From assembly GCA_049999805.1 (NCBI GenBank), contig JBNGIO010006139.1, positions 51,034 through 115,033 on the forward strand: DNA of 64,000 bases, read 5' to 3'. Both the position numbers and the translations under genes were made by a program. Below the pieces are notes generated by a model that saw nothing but the letters and a program-made list of their open reading frames with translations, was not told where the DNA came from and did no database searches. This DNA comes from Folioceros fuciformis (taxonomy: Eukaryota). This document shows positions 1 through 12,071 of the stretch, one piece after another. Numbering within the stretch: position 1 is the stretch's first letter; every line of letters starts with the position of its first letter.

Positions 1-1103
1 GGATGGAGGAAAGGCCTGGAATTGAGCTGGCTGAAAAAACGAAAAGGTTGCGTCAAGCTTGCTTCAAGGCAAGCTACAAGAAGAGGCGGCAGGCTCAGGT
101 TGAGGCAGGTCTATCACAATCCAGCCAGAGTCGTCAGTCCAAGGACGGCTCACCTTCCGTGCGATTTGACCAACTGCCCATGCCAAGCGGAGGGCATACA
201 GAGTGCGTATCAGCCACTATGGTCTCGTAGGACTGGGCTCCCTTCCGTCCAAACCAACTGACTGCCTGGGGGAATGTAGCGATCGCGAGTCTTCGTCCTA
301 ATCTTATCATAACTTGTGGGAGGAGAAGAAATGTAGATATGCTAGCTGAAAGGTTGCCACTGGGAAAATACTAACCGAAGCCCGTCTTGAATTCTAGGAT
401 TCCTCTGTACCAGTTTCAGTATGAGAGCGAGTGAGAGATGGAGGAAGCCCAAGTTTTGCAGATGATCTTTGTTCCGTCGTGTACAGATCGGATTACAGAT
501 TGTTAGGAAGACTCAGTGAGGACTCAGAAGCTTGGACTTTCTTCGGACGAGGAAGTCTTTGAATCTTAGATCCCGCTGAGTTCACTGGCTCGCAGACTAA
601 CTTATAGGCCCTGGCATCAGAATTTGGGAATTAGGTTATACCGCTTCACTGGGTCCTTCACGTCCGTCGTGTTGATCAGTCACCTAAGCTGGAGTGTTTT
701 GGAGGAAAACCTATAAAATATCGAAATTTATTCGTGCTTTCCATTTCAAGTTGCAACCATGACATTTGTATTGATAGGAGCGCGTATAGGTCTATGAAAG
801 ATGTGTTCAGCAACTTATGAAGCACCGTGTCCAACCTAGAAATTTGTCACTGGACTGCGATGGAGTGTTGTCTTTCAAAGGCCTACAGGCGGTACAAAAA
901 TGAAATGGACTTAGCCTGCTGGGAGCGTTTCGTGGCAATAGTACGGCACTGTGAAAATATCATATCTACTTTGTACAAAAGATTGTCAGATTTGTCTTCC
1001 GAGCAAGGGCTATCCCTGACAAATGCTCTTTGACCAGGTGTACATTTTGTTTGTGTGTAACAAATGATTCTTGTCTGTACATGTACATTTAGTGTCAACT
1101 CAC

Positions 1104-3388
1104 CTACTCTGATAAATAACTGCGAAGATAGTCCAGTCGGGTGGGATGCTTCAATTTGAGCAGGCCTCGAGCTTCGTATCGTCGTACCATTTCCCTTGAC
1201 AAATTCAAGTTCCTGCCAATCTCTCCCAGTGAACGTTCACCCTTACCATCCAGCCCAAATCTTTGCCTGAGAACAATACTTTCCTTCGGCTTCAGAGAGT
1301 CCAACTGTGGCACCAAACAAACAGGTGAGGGCAAACATAAATCGAACAAGTCAACAACTGGTCAAACCTGGAGAACTGCGTACCACATCATCCATCCCAA
1401 GCCGCAGCAGGGCATCCCCTGATAATCTCAGCAACTTGGTATCTAAGTTCTCGCAATCGGCGAAATTCTGGACGTGCTCTTCTCCGGTAACCCTTGACCG
1501 CTCATACAAAGATCTGGTATAGAGAGTGGACCGGACGATGTCTCGAAACCTGTCCTGTTTTAGACCTAACTTTGCTGCAACCTCCTCATCTGATGCTGGC
1601 CGTTCCAGTTTCAGGAGAAGCTCTAATCTCGCTCTCTTGATGTTAAGCTTGTGCTGTTGGAAACATCGCAACAAAGATCAGTACGAACCCAACCGATACA
1701 TCTGGGGACTGGACCAAATATACATGTATATACATCGTACTCCCTTGCAACACAACTGTTTATTCGTGGGTTTACGGATTACTAACACCGGCCAGATTAA
1801 ATGGAGATCGCAGGAGGTGTCCAGATCTTGTTTGAGCTCGCAAAATAGAATTCCGAATCCAGTAAACAGCATACGTTGAAAACCTATGACCCCTTTCAGG
1901 ATCGAACTTGTCAACACCTTGAAGCAGTCCTTGCACCCCTTCCTGGCACAAGTCAAACAGGGACAAGTTCATCTTGTCCCTGTGATATTTGTGTGCTTGA
2001 AACAGTACCAACCTCAAGTTGTGCTGCAAAAAAGTTGAGAAAAACTGGCCTCAGGGTAACCACTGGAAATTTTGTCTAAAGTCTCACAAACAAGGTAAAA
2101 CGACTGAACAGATCGCGCGCGTGAAGGGCATTTGCACCTGGATAAGCTTGTTACGAGCTGCTCTCCCAAGTGCCATCTGCCTCCGGAGAGAAGCCAGGTC
2201 AATTTTGGCCGCCATTGCCAGTTCTTCCTCCGTTGCATCCCTTTGAACAGAGTCATTGAGAGTTCGCCGTAATCGTTGCAAGGTCTGCCCACAGACGTAC
2301 CACAAGTGAGCTGGATTTCAATGGTGGAAAAGTCGTCGCAACTTTTTTCTATAGCCCGCCATTAGCACATGACCAACGAGCGTCACCCGAACACAACGGC
2401 TCACCTTCATCGGCTTCATCAAAAGAGCAAGCGAAGTTTCTTCAGTGCCGGTTAGGATGCCTTTGTCAAGGTTGTTCCAACTGCTTCCCAGATCCAAGGC
2501 CGTGCCATACCGAGTGATCAAGTCTTCGGCCTGCTCGGACCACATGTCCGTGATGTCATACGTCATTGCCTTTAGAACTTTCACATCCCTGGTGACCACA
2601 TTATCCTTTCGCCGATGTCTTCCTTGAACTACGCTAAGACTTTCAACTATGTCTTCCTTTCCCTTCCTGATAGCAATGCGAGTTGTGAGATCCAAGCGCC
2701 GCTTCCTGCTTCCTTTCTTTACATCAGCCGAAGCTGCAACACTTGCATCCGCTTGTGCTGCCGCTGACTCCGTCAATTCCATCCCAACTGGAGCCGCCTT
2801 CTCCTGCTTTGCTCGCCTCTTCCCCGCTAGAGCAGGCACGGTATGGCTAGACGAAGGCTCACCCGTGCACTGGCTAGCAAAATCAAGCCTTGGCTGAGAC
2901 TCTAAATCCGCTACCAACTTCTCAAGCGACGGGACCGTAAAGATGGCCTCCGTTCTAGACACAGTCTCGTGGAACATCTTCTCCAGATCGGCCGCTCTCC
3001 GGTCAAAATCAATGACTTCATCCGCGGGAAACACGACAGTGGAGCGACTAATCGTGGCAGTAGCCCCAGCAGCAATGTTGTTCTTCTTCCCCGGCCTCTT
3101 CCCCTCTCTGATCNNNNNNNNNNNNNNNNNNNNNNNNNNNNNNNNNNNNNNNNNNNNNNNNNNNNNNNNNNNNNNNNNNNNNNNNNNNNNNNNNNNNNNN
3201 NNNNNNNNNNNNNTCCCTGCCACGACGGTGCAGCTCCCGCCTACACGTTTGAGCAACCCGGTCCCAGCACCAGGACTCCGCGCAATTGTTCCTCCTCCCA
3301 GACTGTGCCTACCATACACCAGGGGAGAAGCAAACTGCGAATTCTCGAGCGCCAACGCCGACAACCCGCCAAGTCGGACCTTCTCCAT
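1104..3388 (-). CDS. SIG5: Nuclear-encoded plastid RNA polymerase sigma factor, SIG5/SIGE type (5 exons; exon 1 spans an N-gap)
   Basis: Exons approx. 3388-2405, 2284-2138, 2023-1788, 1653-1383, 1304-1104 with GT-AG introns. Sigma70 region 2 reads HNLRLV...DLCQEG...[23 protein letters not shown]. Region 4 reads [61 protein letters not shown], which resembles plant SIG5. The N-terminus looks like a transit peptide. Confidence 0.9.
3114..3213. other. Assembly gap (100 N). Other gaps: 17776-17785, 40980-41079, 41962-42061, 56671-56770
   Basis: Runs of N in the sequence. Confidence 1.
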
Positions 3389-4411
3389 AACCTACGACAC
3401 ACCAACCCCCGCACCACCACACCAGACCTGAGCTAACACGACACCTACCATTGCACGACCCCGGAAACCATCAAACAAAAGCCAAAGCAACAACAAAACA
3501 TCACAATCTTCCACAAACCTGACAAATTTCCTCACAAATTCCACTCCAACGTCTCTCACACCGACCTCACCTCAATGCAATTTCACCACCGGGCACTCCC
3601 TCACAGCCCGGCCTCGAGATGGCGAGCTCGGCGGGACAAGATTTCCGACTCCGCAACAGGTCGGCCGGGTCCCGCACCTCTAAGGACGGCCTATGCAAGC
3701 AACGTTTTGGCTAGGCCTTGTGCGTCGAGCTGACACGCCACGCACAATGCGATCCTGCCCAGTGAGGGAGGGAGGCAGTGTGACCGGCGCGGGGGAGCAC
3801 CGGAAGCGGGCCGTGCAGCCCGGGGGCCTCGACGCCCCAGTGAGCTTGGGCCGCGTCTGCCGGTGGCCGGTCGCCCGTCTGGCATGCCGGGCTGCGCCCA
3901 TTGGGCTCACAGGTTCGGAAGGAATCGAGCGCATCGCGGTCGGGCATGCTGGCCTCTGCCTGGCATCCGGCGGGTACCAAGTCGCCAAGTCCTTCGCTTC
4001 CAACCATATGCACCAACTTCACGGCATGTTATCCGTTCAGTTACACCGGCACTGATAAATGGCTTACTTGCCTACCGGTATCCATTTACTGTACAAACAC
4101 CCTGTAGCCTTGTTCCTTATCTCCCTTTTTAGGGCCATCATCGACGTCTTATCCCCCTCTGGGTTTCTATCCAAGTATCCTACTGGAAAAACAAAACACG
4201 CCATGAGCTGCCGATGGCATCTAATACCACACAGACACAAACTCCTACAAGGCGCCATGGAGCCAAGGCAGGCCCCGAAGAGGCCTACAGCGCCTCGAAA
4301 ACATCGGGCCACTCTACTCCACTATTTCTTCCTCACGACGTCAGTGCCCCGTTCACAGCTGCAGCGAGCACTGTACAGAACCCGACCGGTACTTGGATGT
4401 CTTCCGGGCAG

Positions 4412-6017
4412 CTACATCGGTAAATCTGGCCTCTTGTTTTGATTCGGAGACGGAAGCTGTAAGGATTGATAGGCCCAGGCTCCTGCGACAGCTCCGATGA
4501 CAGGGCCAAGAATGTAAATCCAGAGTCCTTTGTAGAAGTTGGCAGCCACAGCTGGACCAATCGATCTGGCCGGGTTCATGGACGTTCCCGAAACAGGCCT
4601 GGTAGAAACGATTCACAAGAAACAATGAAAGTGAGCGCATGAAGTTGAGCGAAATTGCTGCAGAAAGAGATGCCATTGGGGTTTGGAGGGAGGACGACGC
4701 ACCCCGTAAACAAGGCATTAAGTCCCACAGTGGATCCGAGGGCCAGACCTGCAAACCCGGGAGCCTGTAACAGGGCACGGCACAAGTCATAAAATCATGA
4801 AGATGCTGCAGTGTTCAAGCTTCCCTATTTGATCCCGAGTGGATTCACGCAATATGGAATTTGGTTGAATGACGAGCTCGGAAACAAAGGACTTCACATG
4901 CTAGCTGCCAGCGATGCATCCACAAGCAATATGATGGAGGACTACGTAGATCGCATTTAATTTTAGATAGAAGCATCGACTGTTTTCATGGGCAGGAAAC
5001 ACTGATTGCGATGGACATGAGAAGGGACGGAGCGATTTATTGACGGCTGTGCATGACGACAAAAATTTGGACGAGAATCTGGTAGTTGGATTGGAATTTG
5101 AGCTAACCGCCATAGGATCAGTGGTGCCTGCGGCGACAAACATGAGCATGAACGTGGTGATGATCTCCAGCACTAAGGACTGCCTGTAGCTTCCAGACGG
5201 TCCGGGAAGTGTTGCTCCCAGATGGGCCGTGAGGCCGTACGGGTTGAAGACCAGTCGAAGCGCAAAGCCGGCGGTGATTGCACCGATCAGTTGCGCTGAA
5301 ATGTAGATCGGGACCTGAAACCAGGGCAATTGAGCAGGAATTTGCAGTTGGGAGACAGGTGGGCCATACATTAATCGGTGGGGAAGGAGGGCTTGTGGAA
5401 GGGACTCACACAGTGCCACTGTATCTTTCCGATGGAAGCGAAGCCGATGCTCACAGCTGGGTTGATATGGCACCCGGAGACGTGTCCCAGTGCATACACC
5501 AGCACTGTGATCACCATCGCGAAGGCCAGCGCAACGCCGACATGCGAAAGCGCCTGTGTATTGGATTCCACAATCACAGCTCCGCATCCAGCAAACACGA
5601 GGAAGAAAGTGCCTACAATCTCCGCTCCTATCTGTATTGCGGATTGAGTCGCGCGTTTCAGGAGACTCGGATTGAGAAACAAGCAAACCAGGCGCATAGT
5701 CCAGTAGGATGAAGTGACTGAAACGCACTGAAATGCGTCGTGTGTCACGGTTTAGTCACCTTCTGGAGGATGAAGTCTTCGTTGATCCGATTAACCAGTT
5801 GGAGGAGCTTGCTGTCGGAAGACTTGTGCAGGTCGTGCGCATGGGTGATGCCTTTGCTGCTCTCCCTCACGGTGTCCCACATGCCGGACTCGTCACTGTG
5901 TTGAGAGACAGGAAGAGCTGAGTCCGGAGGATGCATTCTGGAAGAGGGAACCTTGGCGGTAGGAGCCTTGGCCGAGGTTGGTACAGCTGGAATGTGGATG
6001 GTGGTTGAAGCAGCCAT
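4412..6017 (-). CDS. NIP-family aquaporin/aquaglyceroporin (multi-exon)
   Basis: Spliced product contains [67 protein letters not shown] and [16 protein letters not shown]...LWIYILGP. Two NPA motifs. ATG at 6017, TAG at 4414-4412. Confidence 0.93.
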
Positions 6018-6584
6018 ATCTGATTGTGGACGATGAGTGGGAGGACTTGATGGGTCACCTTGCTGGTGGCGAGAAGACTTGAGGAGTCTTGCTGGTGGTC
6101 GGTCTTTTCAGAGGACTACGTGAGTGAAGTCATGCACGATTCGAGGACGTCGGGTTAGTTGACAGTATCACAAGTTCGTACCCAGTAGAGGAATGTAGGA
6201 AAGCCGGTACAGTGAGTTGGTTTCGGAAGTTGGACCAGTGTGGTGGTGGCGTTCTGCAAGCTGCTTGGTACAAGAATCTGCTTTCCTCAAGTTTACCTCA
6301 CTTTGGCAATAGGATCCCTAAAGGGATCAAGCAAAGCGAAACTGCCGGTACGTAGATCCGCCCATCAGGCTTGTTTGATTCTCCGATAAAAACAAGGGTG
6401 GTTCATGGCCTTTCCTTGTCGTAATAACTTCAATGTGAAACTCCGAGGAAGGGGCTAGAAAACGACGGGCGAAGCAAGATGAAATCGTAACCAGGGTTTG
6501 TCAAGGGTTGATGATTCCAGGGCCGCCCAGATGACCATTTGCAGATAGTCCAGGGAGAAAGACTGCAACACGCAAATGTGAGGC

Positions 6585-9296
6585 TCACATTTTGCGTTTC
6601 CTTGGAGAGTCATGGAGAGCCATCTTGCCTGCAGTTTGAGGTCTCAACAGCCAGTACATAAGTCCCCCGAAGCTGGCCATCCATCTACCTGAGTCTTCGG
6701 AAGGGTGGAAAGGAGCCCTCAACTTAGACAGCTCTTTCTCTACTGCAGTCCTTACTGTGGAGGTGCCCTTGTGCCTGCTCAGCTTCCCCCATCCTGTGAC
6801 TACGGTGACTATCCTAGGGGAGCCAGAAGCACCATCTGACGGTTGCACGTTGGGCAGTCGGTACACCTGACCTGGCAAGCTGCTTGTGTCATGCCAGTAT
6901 GAAGGCAAGAGAGGTAACACAACCTCCAAGGAGGTCGGTGATTCTGGCCCAGAATCTTTGGGGCTATGCAGTCCTTGGTCTACACCTGGCTCTGTGGGTA
7001 CCTCATCTGACGAACTCCTAGGTTCAGTTACATCTTGTCGTTTAGACCTTTCAAAATGGACAGCAATGTAGGATAAGTGAGACATCCACTGGTAGAAGGC
7101 CACTAATGAGCCACCTGTAGAGAGATGTCGAACGTCCAGCTTCCACTCTTGGGGAGACAAAACGCATATGTCCCTTAGAACACCACTTCTCATGAGCCAC
7201 CCAAGAACTAATGCTGCTCTTCGGAACCACCTGAACATCCACAGGGCATCGATAAGAGCAACAAAGAAGACGATTCGGGTTTTCTCGTCATCCATGTCAA
7301 GGAGTGCAAGCATATCCTTTACATGCTCTGCCACCTGTAGCAAGCCAAAAATCGAGCGATAAGCAATTCAATCATAGAACTCAGTGGATAACCCGGACCA
7401 GGATTGCAGACGATAGCGGACTAACCCAGGAGCTGATTGACAGGCTAGGCAGTTAAGGTACCTTATCGTCATCCATGATATCTGAAAGCAGTGAAAGACA
7501 GTTGTGAACTAGCTTGCTCTCAAACTGCTGCAACATGTTCAGAAGGTGGTAGGTGTCCTCGTCATTTCTGGATTTGGCACCTAGTGCTGAAAGAATCACG
7601 GCACATGTCACGATGGTTGGCTCATTACCCGCTGCCTTCATCTCAGCTAAGATATCTGCAGCCTTGTTTAGTAGACCATCTTTTAAACAAGCATCGAGGG
7701 CCTCAGTAAAGGTTAACACGTTACACAGCGAAGGGGCCGCCTTCACGGAGTCATACACGTTGAGTACCTGCACATTCGGAAAGCCATACCACACTGTCAA
7801 GTTAGCCATGCCACATTTGTCAAACCACTAATTTCAAAGCCACATACGTTAAGCATCAGATGTCTCTCTTGCAGAAAATGCTTTCACCTTCTCCACAGCA
7901 CCAACTGCCTTGTAACAGGTCATCAGAGTTGTAAATGTGACAACATTAGGCTGCAACCCAGCTTTAGACATCTTCTCCATGATCTGCTGTGCTCCAGAAG
8001 GGTTACACTGATTGCAATACATATCCATCATGGCATTAAACGTAGAAACAGTAGGCCGGAGTCCAAGTTCCTCCATCCCCTCAAAAATGCTCTCTGCTTC
8101 CTCGAACAGACCCTGTCGTGTGCAACCAGCAATAAGAACACTGAAAGTGACAGCACTTGGGCGGCATCCTCTAGCCACCATCTGTCTGTAGACTTTTAAT
8201 GCTTCACTGCTATTCCCTACAAATGCAAAACAGTAGCAGTAGATTAGTGGACCTTGAATGTGTGCCCGTACAACAATGAAGTTGATGCGGGAGGTTCATA
8301 CCCAACATAAAGCTCACCAGCGCAAATATGTACTCTCATAAGGGACGTGTATGTGACGACTGTTGGCTTCAACCCCTTCTTCCTCACAAGGCTAAACAGG
8401 TTCACAGCTTCTTTCACATGCCTCCCAGCGACACAAGCAGAAAGAAGTATGTTGTACGAAATGATGTTTGGCTGGATTCCCTCTTCCACCATTTTCTTGA
8501 AGAGATGCAGAACACTGGCCAGCGATGTGCCAAGCTTTACACAAGTATCCATCATGATATGGTAGGTCACCTCATCTCGCTTACACGGGAGATGCTCCAT
8601 CTTCTGAAACAATTCTACAGCTGCTTCCATCCGTCCTGACCTACTGCGAGCATCAAGCACCGCATTGAGCAATTCCGTGTCAACCTTCACCTGCAAGTCC
8701 TCCAAGGTTGAGTATAGTTTCTCCACCCAATCCAAAGATTTGGAATGACCGAACATGGTGATCAGAGTTGTGTACAAGTGTGGATCTCTGGAAGCCAGCC
8801 CCTCAAACTGCATCCAGCGGAAAACCCGCCATGCAATTTCGGGCAAACCTCTCTGCCCTAAATCATGGACTACGGCATGCAATGTTCGATGCAATCTCTC
8901 TTGATTATTTGGAGGGGCAACAACTTCAGCGTCCTGTGTCTCAGAATCAACGACTGTCCATTGATCTATCCAGCTGTGAAGAACATCATCTACAGAACCG
9001 CCATCTGGCAAGCTCAGAATCTGAGACACTAGCTTCTCCTTCGCCTCTTGTTTCAGACGCAACTCTGCCTTGAATTCCTCAGAGTGGGATTTGACAAATT
9101 GGTCTTCAGGAGAATTGTCGTCACCGATCACAGCACCTGACGCTTCATCCGTATACCTCCTGACTCGAGCGTTGCCGATTCCAGCATACGGAAAACCACG
9201 TGGACTTCTGCGAGCTCTTAAAGACTTGCAAATGCGGAACACCTGCACCTTGCCGCCACACCTCAATGCTGACAGCATGAAAGGCGGCAATACCAT
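6585..9296 (-). CDS. P-class PPR protein with C-terminal SMR domain (multi-exon)
   Basis: Tandem 35-aa P repeats (QPNIISYNILLSAC, KPTVVTYTSLM, RPSAVTFSVLIAGC, QPNVVTFTTLM) in ORFs 8244-9296, 7849-8181 and 7453-7809. SMR signatures WKLDVRHLSTGG and VVTGWGKLS...LRAPF...GRW in 6585-7343. The start could be 9296 or the next Met. Confidence 0.88.
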
Positions 9297-9433
9297 CAGA
9301 AGCTGTCCAGATTCGGGTTCTCCACAATTCCGAACACCACCACCCTAATCCAGGACCACCAAACACAGCACCTTTACTGGATCGACTTCCTTCAAGTTTG
9401 AAACTGGAAGATAAAGAGACTTACGCATCAGCC

Positions 9434-11766
9434 ATGGCTCTGGATGCAAACGTGTGCTCTCTTCTCTCGTCTTTCTCAGGGACTCAACAGCAGGTGCAGT
9501 CTGCCCCTTTCTTCTGCTCTTTCAGACATTCAGCCTGGTCTGGCTCCACCTCTGCACTCCACCAGGATGGACCAGGCAGGCGGGTCAGGCTGGCTGGTGC
9601 CCAAGACAACTGCTACGGTGCTGCCTCCGAGTTTGTGCGTGATGCAGGCTACACCCCTGTTAGCTCGGCCAGGGCCAGCACGCAGCTGACTGACCCATTT
9701 CAAGGAGTTGCGGTGTACAACCCTTCATCTTATGAGGTCATAGTCTCTGGTACGTGAGTGTCTTGAGGTTGGGATTACACATTCTGATAGTGGAAAATTC
9801 CTTGCCCTCAGGCAAAGGTTACTGACCAGACCCCCCTGAGAATTTCAGATTCCGCGAGAGCACTCGGATATGCACTAGATGACGGCAAGCTACGACTGGA
9901 GATAGAGTTTCCGTGAGTGGGCTGAGTCATCCGACTGTCATTTCACGACCCATCTGATGGCCTTGTTTCTGGTATGGATGATTCTGATTGAGATCTCTTC
10001 ATTTTGCAGTCCTTTGCCAAGCAGCGTGTCTGGGTATAAGGTGCAGTGAAGTCTTGGCCTTTTGTACATTTCTGTGCAAAACTCTTTCAGCTTTTTGCCG
10101 CGTAGACCAGTTATGAGTGAGGGGTGATGTTGAAGTCCTTGGGTGACTCCTGCTCGCCTTGTGCTCATCTGACACCTTTGCTCTGCTCTTCCAGGGAGCA
10201 TCTGAGGAGTTCATTGAGGCAAACATTCAATTAGCTATAGCTCTTGCTCGGAAGCTTCATGCAAGCAGGGGCACTGTATCGCAGCTAGTGAGTCTCACTC
10301 GGGTTTTGCATTTTTCGCAGAGCTTTGCTTTTGTATTGGACTTGTATTCCACAGCCTTGACGCCCTTAATCTGTCATCGGAAGTAGGTGTTCCCTGACAG
10401 ACCGGAGAGGAGGCAAGCATCAAGGACCTTTGGCTCTGCACTTGAGCTTGTGAGTATCAGTGCTGCCATACGTGTTCTGTTGCGTACGTCGATTGCCTCC
10501 CAACTTGAGCTTATTCATGCCCATACGTCCTGCTGCCTTCTGCTCAGACAAGTGGGATCAGCTTAGGAACTCTGGAAGATGCGCCAGGCAGTGGCAGCAA
10601 GGGTTTTTTCGCATCTGTCCGAAATGCTCTGGACTTCGATTTTGGAGAGAATGTTGATGGTTGGTGCTCTCTCCCTTATTCATGCTCCCTTGTTTTCCAC
10701 TTTTGAAACCCATGCCCAGGTTCCTTCTATACGGCGTTGAGCCATAATTGCAGTCTGGTCTTCTTGCATCAGACAAGTTTCAAGCTGCGGAACCTCCCTC
10801 CCTGTATATCATCCTCAACTGCAGCACCGCTGACTTGCCAGCGATTGAGCTGTTCACCGTAAGTTTTTTTTCCTGCCACAGCCTGAGCATATAAAAGCAG
10901 TCTAGCTATCTAACGACGGTGACTCGCTGATTACGCTTCAGAATACATTGGGCTCCAGCACTCCTGTTGTGCTGTTCAATCTGGAATTGGACACTTTAAG
11001 GTAGATATCCAGCCCACAAACTTCTCTACTACAGCTCACTTTGCAGGTAGTAATCTTGCCAATTTGCTTTTTTATCATGCAGAGCAGATCTCGGACTCTT
11101 CGGCTTTCCTGGAAAGGATATCCAATATCGCTTCCTGTCCCAATTTCTACCAGCGTTTTACATCCGCAAGCGTGATTACTCAAAGGTACCATACTTCTGC
11201 TGCAGAACAAGTGCGTCGTTCACCAAACTGACTGTGTCTCGTGGGTTCAGAGCATTGCCGTGGCGCCGTTTATTCTGAACTATAGTGGTGTCCTGCTCCG
11301 GCAGTATCCAGGTTCATTGATCAACTCGCTTCGATTGCAGTTCTGAGTGGTGACAACACCGGATACTCACCTTTTCGTTTGCAGGCCCATGGCAGGTCAT
11401 GTTGCAACAAAATGATGGATCATATGCTTGTGTCTCCGAAGCCAGGGAGCGGTTCACGCTCGGTCAAGTGAGCAAAGTCGCATCTTTTAAGGACTTTCAT
11501 CTCTCTAGTTTCCCAGCAAAGATGGTTAACAATTCACAAGAAGTTTTAAAATGGCAGACTAAGGAGGAATTGCTGACATCCATGGGACTGCAAGAAGAGG
11601 ACCAAACTATGGCCTTTCTCAGACGGGGATACAAGGTGTGCAATGACCTTGCCGTGTGGAGGGACTTCGTTCGGGCTGAGCTGACTTTTGTTCCCCGTCG
11701 TGGCAGACATCGACCTGGTGGGAAGATAATCTGAGTGAAGAAGAGAGCGCAGAATGGAGGAGTTAA
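9434..11766 (+). CDS. LPA3: DUF1995 chloroplast protein, LPA3-like (many short exons)
   Basis: Exons read SYEVIVS / [14 protein letters not shown] / [10 protein letters not shown] / [18 protein letters not shown] / VFPDRPERR / [11 protein letters not shown] / [34 protein letters not shown] / [15 protein letters not shown] / [19 protein letters not shown] / FLRRGYK / [22 protein letters not shown] at 11764-11766. Confidence 0.85.
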
Positions 11767-12071
11767 CGATGTAGGCCTCCAAAGAATTGTGGATGACCTT
11801 GGCAGCTGCTCTGCCCAGCCATCTAGTACAAACAAATTGTGTAGCCAACATGGAATTCCAGTGGAGAGGCACTGCATTAATGATTAGCCAATATGAAATC
11901 CGTGTGGAAGGCATTTCAGTATTCAACTTGCATAGAGGTAATAAAAACACATTTCCAGTCAGTCCTCAATTGACGCCGGCCGTGGTCAGCCAGTATCATC
12001 TGGCAAGCGTCTAACTCGTTGCCGGAAACTTGCATGCAACCTTTGTGGATACATCTAGCACCTGGAGTTGG

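Noticed and set aside
3-1033. Short ORFs at the window start (3-230, 827-1033)
   Set aside because: No recognisable motif. 3-230 may be the last exon of a gene outside the window, but this cannot be supported.
1104-3388. Sigma factor as bacterial contamination or recent HGT
   Set aside because: It has spliceosomal introns, a transit-peptide-like N-terminus and SIG5-like region 4, as expected for a nuclear-encoded plastid sigma factor.
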